Source: a phage
Reading direction: 5' to 3' (one strand)
Length of the DNA: 64,000 nucleotides
Sequence record: PZ583739.1
Within the stretch, counting starts at the first letter, position 1; every line of letters begins with the position of its first letter. The notes beneath the pieces are model-generated. The model had not been told where the DNA came from and ran no database searches. It worked only from the letters and a program-made list of their open reading frames with translations. Both the position numbers and the translations under genes were made by a program. Positions 38,850-47,773 of the stretch are shown one piece after another.

Positions 38850-39442
38850 TGCATTCCTATCACAAAGAACAGAGGACGTGTGGTTTGATTGGTTTCTTCA
38901 CATGATGCACGACAGCAATAATGCACAACCTTTATGTGGGCATCGTAAATCTTATCCATATCAGGTGTTTTAACAGGCTCATCAATTATATACAGAACCC
39001 GTGAAAGTGATAATCCACGGAATTTGCATGCAGTGTTACCAATAAAACTACGAACAGAATCAGTGTACAAACGGTGCTTAATACTTTCTGTATGGTTATT
39101 AAAATATTCCTTTCGGATTGCAGTAGCCGAAACATTAGCATATGCCGTGTTATTAGACAAAATAACAATAGAGCCGCCATCAGCTAACCATTCCGTAGCA
39201 AAAATGGATACTGCTTTAGTTTTACCAGATTGACGCCCACCATCAAGTTTTAAGGTGCAGCATTCTTTAAACAAGGTTTGTGAATCGGGTACATAAAACC
39301 CACTATTACAAATGTGTTCTACTCTAGCATCAGAATGGTTTGCAAAAGCATTCATCAGGGATAGATAACTACCGGTTAAAAACGTTTTCATAATTGTCTC
39401 TTTTAAGTGGTGGGGCCATTCCTTGGCACATAATTCGTCCAT
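38846..39442 (-). CDS. Predicted P-loop NTPase, ~198 aa
   Basis: Walker A GGRQSGKT and Walker-B-like LYIIDEP; start uncertain. Confidence 0.45.
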   Translation of the reverse strand: MDELCAKEWPHHLKETIMKTFLTGSYLSLMNAFANHSDARVEHICNSGFYVPDSQTLFKECCTLKLDGGRQSGKTKAVSIFATEWLADGGSIVILSNNTAYANVSATAIRKEYFNNHTESIKHRLYTDSVRSFIGNTACKFRGLSLSRVLYIIDEPVKTPDMDKIYDAHIKVVHYCCRASCEETNQTTRPLFFVIGMQ

Positions 39443-39554
39443 GTATCCGTATGTAAACCCTTTACCGCACTTGGGCTCGACCTTATTACAGGTAGGGAAA
39501 GGTCCATCACTCAGAGGACGCGACGTTCATGAGGAGAGGGTCGGCTTGCCTTTA

Positions 39555-39854
39555 TTAGAAAGAACCAGAACCTTTAATTGTGTTCTGGCGACCTTTATTT
39601 TCTAATTCAGAATGGTCAATTTCATATGCTTGTGCTACGCCAAAGGCCTTTTTAACTTTAGCTAAAGAACCTTTAGATGTAACAATATTAAAAGTATTGC
39701 CTTTAGTAAAATCAACCGAATCCACTTGCACGCCCTGTTTACCGAGGCTTGCTACAATAGCATCAACATATTGTTGGTCTAAATTACCTTGGACTCCGAT
39801 TTGAAATGCTTTAGGAGCTTTAGCTTCTGTGATAAATTCTTTATAAGTTAACAT
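39555..39854 (-). CDS. Internal-protein-like small protein with CTS-like N-terminus
   Basis: First ATG gives MLTYKEFITEAKAPK..., resembling the T4 internal-protein capsid targeting sequence MKTYQEFIAEA. Confidence 0.45.
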   Translation of the reverse strand: MLTYKEFITEAKAPKAFQIGVQGNLDQQYVDAIVASLGKQGVQVDSVDFTKGNTFNIVTSKGSLAKVKKAFGVAQAYEIDHSELENKGRQNTIKGSGSF

Positions 39855-39902
39855 TTTATATTCTATTGTTTGGTTGATAAAATCAGTATACAACCTTTTT
39901 AG

Positions 39903-40319
39903 TTAAGCGTACACTGCTTTCCCATAGTATTTGTACCAGGTAGGCTTTTGAGAAATTTTCTCATTCAGTCTGGCTTGACTGATTTCAATTGACCAGATTG
40001 ATGGTTGATAATCATTCTTCCATTCATCAGGAATATCATTTAAATCTTGGGTAGAAATATCTTTTATGTTAAACCCTCGCTTTAAACATTCCGCAATAAG
40101 TTCTTGATGGCGGTTTTTAAGGAACAAAAGTTTATCATAAAAGAAGGTGACATGACCAGTCCCTAAAAGAAAAGATGATGGGATTTTAAAGTCAGAAACC
40201 TTTTTACCATTTTGTACATGTTTGCGAACCGCACCAAACACGCGAGGAAGCTCACGATATTCAGCCATAAGGTGTTGGTCAGCAAGTTCAGATACCAGGG
40301 TTAAGTTAATACGTGTCAT
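39903..40319 (-). CDS. denV: Endonuclease V (pyrimidine-dimer DNA glycosylase) DenV
   Basis: 138 aa; [35 protein letters not shown]...[13 protein letters not shown], near-identical to T4 DenV. Confidence 0.96.
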   Translation of the reverse strand: MTRINLTLVSELADQHLMAEYRELPRVFGAVRKHVQNGKKVSDFKIPSSFLLGTGHVTFFYDKLLFLKNRHQELIAECLKRGFNIKDISTQDLNDIPDEWKNDYQPSIWSIEISQARLNEKISQKPTWYKYYGKAVYA

Positions 40320-40345
40320 GTTTGTTCTCCGTAGTTGATAGGGTC

Positions 40346-40374
40346 ATTATAACCCTATCATTTGGAGATGTACA
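40346..40374 (-). promoter_or_regulatory. T4-type early promoter upstream of denV
   Basis: Minus strand: TGTACA, 17 nt, TATAAT, then GACCCT. Confidence 0.45.
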
Positions 40375-40644
40375 TCATTTCTTAGAGTATTGACCCATAA
40401 GTTTAGCGATATCACCCAATTTCTGATTAAACAAATAATCCACTTCTTTACCAGATTTATCTACAATTTGCCACTGGCCACTTCCTTTGTTACCAAAGGT
40501 CCAATCACCAACTTTAAATGAAGTTCCATTAACTTTTTTAATAGAAGTAAACTCAAAGCCTTCTTTCTTAGCTAAAAATGCCATGCGGCTTTCATCTGAT
40601 TCATTTAATACAGATTCAGCCAAAAATTCTTGATACGTTTTCAT
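40375..40644 (-). CDS. Capsid internal protein (IPII/IPIII-like) with capsid targeting sequence
   Basis: 89 aa; N-terminus MKTYQEFLAES matches T4 CTS; located between denV and e as ipII/ipIII are in T4. Confidence 0.7.
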   Translation of the reverse strand: MKTYQEFLAESVLNESDESRMAFLAKKEGFEFTSIKKVNGTSFKVGDWTFGNKGSGQWQIVDKSGKEVDYLFNQKLGDIAKLMGQYSKK

Positions 40645-40647
40645 ATT

Positions 40648-41142
40648 TTACCTTTTGTATGCGTCAAAAGTTCCAGTACGGAAAGTTTCGATAACTCGTT
40701 TTGCCCTATTCGGAGTCTGGACTTTATACCATCTTGAGTCAGCTAGTTCCTTAGCAGCAGCTTCCCATGATTTAGCCTTCAGAAGTCGCATACCCTTAGG
40801 AAAACCAGCTACCCCAGCAACACCCATCTGGAATACCATATTAATGAGTGCACAGCGACGAACTTCATCCAGTACATCATAAACAGGTTTTAAGACAGGA
40901 TGTCTCAAGATTCCAGCTTTAGCTTTTTCGACCGAACGATTAAACAATGTTTCAGCTTCGTGTTGGGTTATGCGACCATTGCAGACGCGACCCATGAGCT
41001 TGTCGAGCTCAGCACGAGCAACATCTTTTGATGGGTTCTTAGTTATCAGTTGCCCGATACCAATGGTCCAATAGCCTTCAGTATCTTTATACAAATCCAA
41101 CTTACAACCTTCATCTATACGTAACATTTCGAATATATTCAT
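40648..41142 (-). CDS. e: Lysozyme (endolysin, T4 gene e)
   Basis: 164 aa; [32 protein letters not shown]...[12 protein letters not shown]...[16 protein letters not shown], near-identical to T4 lysozyme. Confidence 0.98.
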   Translation of the reverse strand: MNIFEMLRIDEGCKLDLYKDTEGYWTIGIGQLITKNPSKDVARAELDKLMGRVCNGRITQHEAETLFNRSVEKAKAGILRHPVLKPVYDVLDEVRRCALINMVFQMGVAGVAGFPKGMRLLKAKSWEAAAKELADSRWYKVQTPNRAKRVIETFRTGTFDAYKR

Positions 41143-41168
41143 AATACCCCCTTATATAGGAGTATTTA

Positions 41169-41630
41169 TTATCCGAAAATTTGAGTCATTACCTTGTACA
41201 TCGATTTGCCCATCACGTACTGCCATTGGCTCGGTTTAATCAGAGCAAATGCATCAAACTCTGGGACCGAACTGCCATCCGGGAAGGTATGATAGGCAGA
41301 GCATTTACTGTGTCTGAATTGCTCATGCTCGACAGGAACCGTATACAAAAACAGGTGAAGGTTTTTGTTATCTGAATAACGGAACTCACCGAGGTCTTTT
41401 AAGAATGCCGGGTCGTATTGGGTAAACCCAGTTTCTTCTTCGGTTTCACGAATAGCCGCTTCAATCGGGGATTCACCAGCTTCCACATGACCCTTAGGGA
41501 TGTCCCATTTGTGTGCTGGCATACCTGGTTTACGAGAACCGGTCACACGACCCATGAATAACTCTTTATCTTCAGTCATGAAAATAATGCCAGCAGATAA
41601 TTCTTTCACCTTGTTTTTCTTACTCATCAT
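41169..41630 (-). CDS. nudE: Nudix hydrolase NudE
   Basis: Nudix box GHVEAGESPIEAAIRETEEETG; start trimmed to ATG at 41630. Confidence 0.9.
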   Translation of the reverse strand: MMSKKNKVKELSAGIIFMTEDKELFMGRVTGSRKPGMPAHKWDIPKGHVEAGESPIEAAIRETEEETGFTQYDPAFLKDLGEFRYSDNKNLHLFLYTVPVEHEQFRHSKCSAYHTFPDGSSVPEFDAFALIKPSQWQYVMGKSMYKVMTQIFG

Positions 41631-41856
41631 CACGTTCCCAAGATTTTTTAAAGATTTCGCCCATAATAATTTCAATACGTGTTTCTGTTGAAGGCGATTC
41701 ACTATCAGAAGTTTGAACTTTATATTCAGAAATAGGGCGGAACATATCTAAGTCAGTTTCTAAATCATCTTTGATTTTCTCTTCTGATGTACCTGTGTCA
41801 TAGGAATACAGATAAGAATCACATGACTCAGATTTAATATAAATCGCAATACTCAT
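41620..41856 (-). CDS. Hypothetical acidic protein, 78 aa
   Basis: Start overlaps upstream stop (AAATGA). Confidence 0.4.
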   Translation of the reverse strand: MSIAIYIKSESCDSYLYSYDTGTSEEKIKDDLETDLDMFRPISEYKVQTSDSESPSTETRIEIIMGEIFKKSWERDDE

Positions 41857-42440
41857 TTACGGCATTCCTCAATAAAAGAGTTCAATGTATTTTTCTTATT
41901 GATATCGTCATATAGCTTTTTAACTTTAGAAATACGAAAAGGTACTTCAATAGCCATAGTCCATAAAAATGATGCAATAAGTCCAACAGCAGCAGAAGAA
42001 AGGCACGCGCCCATTACAGCTACAGGTGCTTCATTTTTACCTGTCAAGAAAAACAACAGGATTGGTAAAAATAAGATTCCAGTCCACGCATAAAACCTGG
42101 AACAAATTAACTTATCAAATTCATCTTTCCAGGTACGAAATCCATATTTCTTGCTATAAGAAATTAATGGGTCGGGTGTCTGTTCTTTGAGTGGTTCTGG
42201 TTGATACCCATTAATGATGTATCCCATTTTATATTCCTTAATTAAAAGCTCTTTAACATGACGATTGCATCGCGACCAATCAACATTTTCCACCTTGATT
42301 CCTTCATCACCATCATCAAGGTTCGCCCAATATTTTTTGGTAATCATAAATTCATCTCTTGATACAATTATACCTGTATTTTCTGCCCGGCGGATGAAGT
42401 TTACATCAACACCCATACAACCGGGTTCATAAAGGGCCAT
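41853..42440 (-). CDS. Membrane protein with soluble N-domain, two TM helices and C-terminal ...FIEECRK tail
   Basis: 195 aa; hydrophobic helices ILFLPILLFFL and VAVMGACLSSAAVGLIASFLW; tail motif shared with 45448-46676 proteins. Confidence 0.45.
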   Translation of the reverse strand: MALYEPGCMGVDVNFIRRAENTGIIVSRDEFMITKKYWANLDDGDEGIKVENVDWSRCNRHVKELLIKEYKMGYIINGYQPEPLKEQTPDPLISYSKKYGFRTWKDEFDKLICSRFYAWTGILFLPILLFFLTGKNEAPVAVMGACLSSAAVGLIASFLWTMAIEVPFRISKVKKLYDDINKKNTLNSFIEECRK

Positions 42441-43126
42441 TACCAGCCCTCCATAGGGAATTCCAGATATACTTGAGCATTAACGCGGATTTCATTTGTA
42501 ATCTTTTTAACACGGTCGGTATTACGAGACACACGACCAAACCAGCGCCAACCGTTACTTACTGCACGAGAACCTGTATGCCATGTCTGCCAATCAAACT
42601 GGAGCAACGTGCGGTCAGGAGCATCCCACTTGGTTAATTCATTGGACTCAATTTTTTCCAGAACTTCTTTATGCCACTGGCGATAGATAAGTTCGCCTTC
42701 AGGAATCTGACTAAATTGGGCAGTTCCGGTCGCAAAATAAGTAGGACACACATCAGCGTTAACAAGACCAAGAATATGTTCAGAATGGTAACGAGGATTA
42801 TCATAATCAGGTTGCCCTGCAGTAATAAAGTGTTGACCAACCGGAATATCCTGGCGCGGTACATCATCATGGTGATAACCTGGGATAGCAGGATACCAAC
42901 CAGGCATTAACATATGTACACGAGAATCGAATACGACATTTTCATTAGTCCAATCAATCGGAAGATTGGCAATAAAACTACGAGTGATTGGGCCGCCTTT
43001 ATCCCAAGCAAAACTCAAATCGCAGTTAAAGAACATTGGTTCATTTTTGATTTGATCGTTTTGAACATCGTGAGCAAAACCACTTACGGCACGAGCTCGG
43101 CTATTAAACACTTTAGAACTATTCAT
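42440..43126 (-). CDS. Hypothetical protein, 228 aa
   Basis: Trp/His-rich ORF; TIR AATGAGGAAAATATT-ATG. Confidence 0.5.
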   Translation of the reverse strand: MNSSKVFNSRARAVSGFAHDVQNDQIKNEPMFFNCDLSFAWDKGGPITRSFIANLPIDWTNENVVFDSRVHMLMPGWYPAIPGYHHDDVPRQDIPVGQHFITAGQPDYDNPRYHSEHILGLVNADVCPTYFATGTAQFSQIPEGELIYRQWHKEVLEKIESNELTKWDAPDRTLLQFDWQTWHTGSRAVSNGWRWFGRVSRNTDRVKKITNEIRVNAQVYLEFPMEGW

Positions 43127-43153
43127 AATATTTTCCTCATTGATTGTGGGACC

Positions 43154-43182
43154 ATTGTGTCATAGTCCCACTTGGATGTACA
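43154..43182 (-). promoter_or_regulatory. T4-type early promoter
   Basis: Minus strand: GTGTACA, 17 nt, CACAAT, then GGTCCC. Confidence 0.4.
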
Positions 43183-43185
43183 CAC

Positions 43186-44145
43186 TTATTTTGCGAAAGG
43201 ACGAATTAAATGTTGGTTAGCTTTAAAACGTTTAACATAGTCTTCGTGCCCCAGGGTGTTGTACATATTAACCACTTCCTGGTAATGTTCCCAGGCATAC
43301 TCACGGAACCATCCAGAAGTAATGGAGGTGCAGACTTTTTCCAGCGCAATATGGAAGCTCACGGATGGAGAGATATTGAACTCATTAGGAACCTGCGAAC
43401 GCTCCAGAGCGAGCACACATGCTTCTTCATAAACCCCTGCCAGTTTAATAACATCAGGGAGTGCTTCAAATTTTTCACGCGAGGTCATGACTTCTGAATC
43501 ATCCTTCATATAGAACTTATATGCAGGCTTATCAGCAAGCGCCACGGCCTCGTGGATGGAGTCATGGTCAAGGGTATAGATTGTATCATTAAAGAAAGTT
43601 TTCTTGCCCACGTCTAGTTTAGGGTGACTGTATGACAGTGTCTCTGCCTGACGCTGCAGCATGATTTTCTGCAGTTCATCATTAAGAACAATACCCTTAT
43701 TGCGAAGGTAATTAATATGACTCATGGTCTTCAGGAAGAATGGATTGTTCTTCAGGTAACGATGAGATAATTTAATTGCCAGACAAATATCAGGAGTTGC
43801 CCAGTAAAAACCTGTAAGACGATCTTTTTTAATATGATTTTCAGCATATTTCAGGAGACGATAACTTGAGGTGAAATCTTCGTCTTGAAGCTCACCAGTA
43901 ATTTCTCGTACGTTGGTCAGGGCACGGACAATATAAGCTTCAAAATAGGTTTCTTTGCCATTGTACATACATTTAAAAGCTTGGACGTTAGGGTTATCCA
44001 CAGGAACATGAGCACCGAACATACGTGCTTTAAAGTGGTTCCAGGAGCCTTGGTCAGCGATAAAGTCCCAATCAGAGTTTTCAATTTTCTGACTTTCAAT
44101 CAGACCAGCGTTATGTAATGCACGAGAACCAATAACTAACATCAT
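43186..44145 (-). CDS. Hypothetical protein, 319 aa, possible nucleotidyltransferase fold
   Basis: N-terminal IGSRALHNAGLIESQKIENSDWDF loosely fits GS...DxD; TIR AATGAGGAAAATATT-ATG. Confidence 0.45.
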   Translation of the reverse strand: MMLVIGSRALHNAGLIESQKIENSDWDFIADQGSWNHFKARMFGAHVPVDNPNVQAFKCMYNGKETYFEAYIVRALTNVREITGELQDEDFTSSYRLLKYAENHIKKDRLTGFYWATPDICLAIKLSHRYLKNNPFFLKTMSHINYLRNKGIVLNDELQKIMLQRQAETLSYSHPKLDVGKKTFFNDTIYTLDHDSIHEAVALADKPAYKFYMKDDSEVMTSREKFEALPDVIKLAGVYEEACVLALERSQVPNEFNISPSVSFHIALEKVCTSITSGWFREYAWEHYQEVVNMYNTLGHEDYVKRFKANQHLIRPFAK

Positions 44146-44159
44146 AATATTTTCCTCAT

Positions 44160-44326
44160 TAGTAAAGACGAGTTACTTCATATTTTCCAAGTGCCGATTT
44201 TTTCGCTTCAATTCGTGAGGCAGCAAGATTGGCGGCCTCTAGTGAAGAAAATTGAACCACTTGAGAAGTATTCTGTCTTACTCCACCTTGCGGGTGAGTG
44301 ACAAAAACAATAAGAACATTATACAT
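44160..44326 (-). CDS. Hypothetical protein, 55 aa
   Basis: Hand translation MYNVLIVFVTHPQGGVRQNTSQVV...; same TIR AATGAGGAAAATATT-ATG; directly downstream of promoter 44355-44383. Confidence 0.3.
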
Positions 44327-44354
44327 AATATTTTCCTCATTAGTTGACGAGATA

Positions 44355-44383
44355 ATGATACTACGTTTCTTTAGGCTTGTACA
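44355..44383 (-). promoter_or_regulatory. T4-type early promoter
   Basis: Minus strand: GTGTACA, 17 nt, TATCAT, then TATCTC. Confidence 0.45.
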
Positions 44384-44429
44384 CTAAATTTCTGCACATA
44401 AGTCCTCCTATCACATCCTTGTGATAATT

Positions 44430-44654
44430 TTAGCAGCTACTCGGGTGCCAGATTTTACCGTCAGGTTGAGCAACAAAGGTGCGACCAGCGTCTTCGCCAT
44501 AGCAAGAGCTGTACAACCAGTCTTCGAGACGAACCTCACCATCATATTCGTCAAGCTCAATACCGAAATCTTGAGCGTTAGCCATATCTTTTACTTTCTT
44601 ATACAATGCAGCCAGTTCAAGTGCTGCTTTTTCTAATTCATTAATATCAGACAT
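44430..44654 (-). CDS. Small protein, 74 aa, C-terminal ...KIWHPSSC (divergent member of the WVSSSxxC family)
   Basis: N-terminal helix plus C-terminal W-x-x-S-S-C tail; first of four tandem paralogues. Confidence 0.45.
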   Translation of the reverse strand: MSDINELEKAALELAALYKKVKDMANAQDFGIELDEYDGEVRLEDWLYSSCYGEDAGRTFVAQPDGKIWHPSSC

Positions 44655-44663
44655 TTTTATTCC

Positions 44664-44861
44664 TTAGCATTCGTAAGAGGAGGACACCCAAGAGGTACCA
44701 CTAATTGTAATACAACCATTATAAAGCGTGATATGTCGTTCTAGGTCACGAACACCATCGATATAGATATCAGCTTCTTCGCGTTCTTCTTTGCAAATCT
44801 GGATAACGTTTTCAATAGCTGCCGCAGCAGTACGGATTGCACAATCTAATTCACGAGACAT
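44664..44861 (-). CDS. Small protein, ~65 aa, C-terminal ...SWVSSSYEC
   Basis: Trimmed to ATG at 44861 with RBS AAGGAA; tandem paralogue. Confidence 0.45.
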   Translation of the reverse strand: MSRELDCAIRTAAAAIENVIQICKEEREEADIYIDGVRDLERHITLYNGCITISGTSWVSSSYEC

Positions 44862-44869
44862 AACATTCC

Positions 44870-45151
44870 TTAACATTCAGAAGAGGAGGACACCCAACCG
44901 CCTTTTTCCAGGTCAGTTGTATAGTCATGAGTATTAACAATAGCCCATTCAGGATGGCCATGTTCTTCCCAATGAGCAAGGTCGGCTTTCAGGGCGCCAG
45001 GAGAATAATAGTCACCGCCCATACCGCGAGCAGGGTATATATTAAAATGAGTCTCATATTTGTTTGCAATTTCCTCGGCACGACGAATAGCTTTATGGAT
45101 GTCATTTACTGCGTTAGCCAGTTCTTTATTTTTACGGTAATCATTCATCAT
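44870..45151 (-). CDS. Small protein, 93 aa, C-terminal ...GGWVSSSSEC
   Basis: Tandem paralogue; helical N-terminus. Confidence 0.45.
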   Translation of the reverse strand: MMNDYRKNKELANAVNDIHKAIRRAEEIANKYETHFNIYPARGMGGDYYSPGALKADLAHWEEHGHPEWAIVNTHDYTTDLEKGGWVSSSSEC

Positions 45152-45160
45152 AGAGTTTCC

Positions 45161-45451
45161 TTAGCACATTGCCGAAGAGGAGACCCAAGCACCAACTGTA
45201 ACGACACCGTTTTCAACTTCGCCGCCGTTGTTTTCAATTTCATCTTTAAACCACTTGGAGCATTCATAACCGACAGGATAATATGTACGGCCTGAACCAT
45301 AATCACCGGTACCGAATTGGATACCGTATTCATCTGCGATTTCTTCGCAGTGTTTTTCAATTTCAGAGGTCTTATTTAGAAGAGAATAGATAGCTTTTTC
45401 TGCAGATTTTTCATCATAATACTTGGGGATAGCAATTTCAATTTTATTCAT
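45161..45451 (-). CDS. Small protein, 96 aa, C-terminal ...GAWVSSSAMC
   Basis: Tandem paralogue. Confidence 0.45.
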   Translation of the reverse strand: MNKIEIAIPKYYDEKSAEKAIYSLLNKTSEIEKHCEEIADEYGIQFGTGDYGSGRTYYPVGYECSKWFKDEIENNGGEVENGVVTVGAWVSSSAMC

Positions 45452-45801
45452 GATTTACATTCCTTAATAAAGGTTTCAAGGTCATTACGTTTTGTTTTGT
45501 CTAGGAACTTATTATACTCAGCCATTGCTGAAGCATATCTCTTCCGACTAGGAGCATTCAAGGCGTTTGTGTGACAGATATCATACACAACAGGGATAAA
45601 ATAAGCCACAACAGCCGGAGCAATTATCATAAAGAAGCCCATATCAATAGGCATGACTCCCTCGATTGCAGCCATAACCGTGGTCATTACCAGACCAACC
45701 AAACCGCCAAGCATGGCGGTGACAATCCCTAATAATAAACTGGCACCAATATCATATTCAGCCAATTGATAAACATGTGATGCAAGACTAGGCCGTTCCA
45801 T
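45448..45801 (-). CDS. Two-TM membrane protein with C-terminal ...FIKECKS tail, 117 aa
   Basis: ATG at 45801 with strong RBS AAGGAGG; hydrophobic helices; tail motif shared with neighbours. Confidence 0.45.
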   Translation of the reverse strand: MERPSLASHVYQLAEYDIGASLLLGIVTAMLGGLVGLVMTTVMAAIEGVMPIDMGFFMIIAPAVVAYFIPVVYDICHTNALNAPSRKRYASAMAEYNKFLDKTKRNDLETFIKECKS

Positions 45802-46147
45802 TACGAACCTCCTTAATAAATTCTTCGGCACATTTAATTTTGTGCTCTTCTTGCAGGGAAACACATTTTTGTTCCCACTCTTTAACTCGCCCACGATATC
45901 CTTTATTCATATGATTTTGATGCCACACGTTTATCAATATCATGCTCAGGACTGTAATAAAAGGTGCTGCAATTATTAGTGACCAGGCGACTCCAACACT
46001 AATGATATTCATATCCCCACAAAGCACCATCATTATAACCCCAACGATGCACATGGACAAAGCTCCAAATGGAGGCATAAGGTCTTTATCAATCTTGTCT
46101 GCGTACACAAATTTTTCTGGTTTACTTGGCAGATATAGCGTTCGCAT
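45788..46147 (-). CDS. Two-TM membrane protein with C-terminal ...EEFIKEVRN tail, 119 aa
   Basis: ATG at 46147 with RBS AAAGGGG; two hydrophobic helices. Confidence 0.45.
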   Translation of the reverse strand: MRTLYLPSKPEKFVYADKIDKDLMPPFGALSMCIVGVIMMVLCGDMNIISVGVAWSLIIAAPFITVLSMILINVWHQNHMNKGYRGRVKEWEQKCVSLQEEHKIKCAEEFIKEVRNGTA

Positions 46148-46676
46148 TTTGAACCCCTTTAGCATATTCACGACATTCAGCAATAAAACGATTAAGCTTA
46201 CGTTTCCGTTTACGACTCTCTAATGTGTACTCAGCCGCCAAATCAAGAAGCTCATCTTTATCATAATTTTTAATATCAGTATAAGTTGGTCGGCGGTCAA
46301 CCATTCCAAAGTGGTCACCATTTTCCAACATCAAATAACACACCAAATGGTCACCATCGTCCGCATTAATAAGTTGCCTATAATCATCTGGGTCATTTAA
46401 CGCATATACTGAATAACGTAGTCCACCGAATTCCACTCGTTGAATACCCAGATTTACATCAATAATTTCCAAGGCATCTGCGAAAGAAAGGTCTTCAGCT
46501 AAAGCAAAAATAAAAGGCAATTTGGTAGTATCGCCGCGACTTGTCGTTCTTCTTAAGAAATCATTGGAATAACCCAGGTCTTGGCGAATTCTGTAAAGAA
46601 CCGTGTTAGTTTCAGTGGCAAGACCACTACCACTAAACCAGTCTACATTTGATATAAGGTCAGTATATAAGCTCAT
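46122..46676 (-). CDS. Hypothetical soluble protein, 184 aa, C-terminal region ...NRFIAECREY...
   Basis: ATG at 46676 with RBS GGGAGAGGAG; preceded by hairpin 46697-46713. Confidence 0.45.
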   Translation of the reverse strand: MSLYTDLISNVDWFSGSGLATETNTVLYRIRQDLGYSNDFLRRTTSRGDTTKLPFIFALAEDLSFADALEIIDVNLGIQRVEFGGLRYSVYALNDPDDYRQLINADDGDHLVCYLMLENGDHFGMVDRRPTYTDIKNYDKDELLDLAAEYTLESRKRKRKLNRFIAECREYAKGVQNANAISAK

Positions 46677-46719
46677 AATATTCTCCTCTCCCAATTAGGG
46701 GGCAAAGCCCCCTTTTATC

Positions 46720-47313
46720 TTACTTAAGTGAATTGATGTATTCTTCAATGTCAGCGGACGTGGTATCCACACCAACCTGTGGGCCTTTGAAGGTTTCAAC
46801 ACGCATCAGGGTGTCTTCAATATCAATCTTAGTCAATGCAGCGATTTCAACAACATCATCTGCGGTTGCAATACCCAGTGCAGACACCTTACGGGTTTCG
46901 CGGATGTATTCCAGTTTAACAGCTAGTTCCTGACGAGAGTCATCCAGCTCTTTAACTTTCAATTTAATTTCATTACGCATTTCAACATAATCATCTGCCT
47001 TCTTACGAAGTTGTTTAGCAGTGCGACGATACAGGAGACCCAGTTTAGCATGGACCTGGACATCAGCACCATCAGCAATCAGTTTACGAATTTCACGCTC
47101 TTTTGAAGCGGCGAGCTGGTCTTTTTCATTCGCTAACTCGCGGATGCGTTTTTCTTCATTAACAGACTTAACGTGGGCAGTCTGGAGCTCAGTAATCTTA
47201 TCAATCAGGGTAGAAGCAGCTTTAGTATACTGGTCTTCAATAGACAGGTTTTGCGCCATTGCAGTACCCAGTTTGGAGCGGATGAATTCAACAATTTTCT
47301 TTAAAGTATTCAT
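46720..47313 (-). CDS. Hypothetical coiled-coil protein, 197 aa
   Basis: Long charged heptad-like helical sequence; no motif recognised. Confidence 0.45.
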   Translation of the reverse strand: MNTLKKIVEFIRSKLGTAMAQNLSIEDQYTKAASTLIDKITELQTAHVKSVNEEKRIRELANEKDQLAASKEREIRKLIADGADVQVHAKLGLLYRRTAKQLRKKADDYVEMRNEIKLKVKELDDSRQELAVKLEYIRETRKVSALGIATADDVVEIAALTKIDIEDTLMRVETFKGPQVGVDTTSADIEEYINSLK

Positions 47314-47385
47314 GGTATTTCCTTCAGATGGTTAAAGTTTTATTATCCAGGGAACATACTATCATGTTCCCATTAAAGCACTAAT

Positions 47386-47691
47386 TTAGATTTTGTTTTC
47401 CTGCACACCATAATAAAGTTCATCAGACACGATATCCAGGATGCGGCGAACATATTCATCATGGTATTGGCAGTCAAAATCAAATGCAACAGTAGTTTCC
47501 GCTTCACGAGTGAATTTAACTTGCACATTCAGGTGATTAACAACGTTAGTTAATTTATCAGTAAAGAACTCTTTTGCTACCGCCTGTTGGACTTGCACTT
47601 TGAACTTGGTGTTACGAATCATATTTTCAGCAGATGCGAAATTACCAGTTTTATCAAAGTCAACAAGCGCCAGGTTGATGATGAATTTCAT
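47386..47691 (-). CDS. Hypothetical protein, 101 aa
   Basis: RBS GGAG; directly downstream of promoter 47733-47761. Confidence 0.45.
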   Translation of the reverse strand: MKFIINLALVDFDKTGNFASAENMIRNTKFKVQVQQAVAKEFFTDKLTNVVNHLNVQVKFTREAETTVAFDFDCQYHDEYVRRILDIVSDELYYGVQENKI

Positions 47692-47732
47692 TTTATTCTC
47701 CAGTGTTTTATTTGGTAACTCAGTATGGAATC

Positions 47733-47761
47733 ATTATGCCTTAAAGCAGGGGGCTTGTATA
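47733..47761 (-). promoter_or_regulatory. T4-type early promoter cassette (PeSL-like)
   Basis: Minus strand: GTATACA, 17 nt, CATAAT, then GATTCCATACTGAGTTACCAAATAAA; -35 sits inside the GGGGGcuuguauaCCCCC hairpin. Confidence 0.5.
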
Positions 47762-47773
47762 CCCCCTTTTTAA

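Noticed and set aside
47748-47770. Plus-strand hairpin GGGGGcttgtataCCCCC followed by TTTTT as a plus-strand terminator
   Set aside because: No plus-strand gene ends here; the stem contains the -35 element and the T-run is the upstream A-tract of a minus-strand early promoter.
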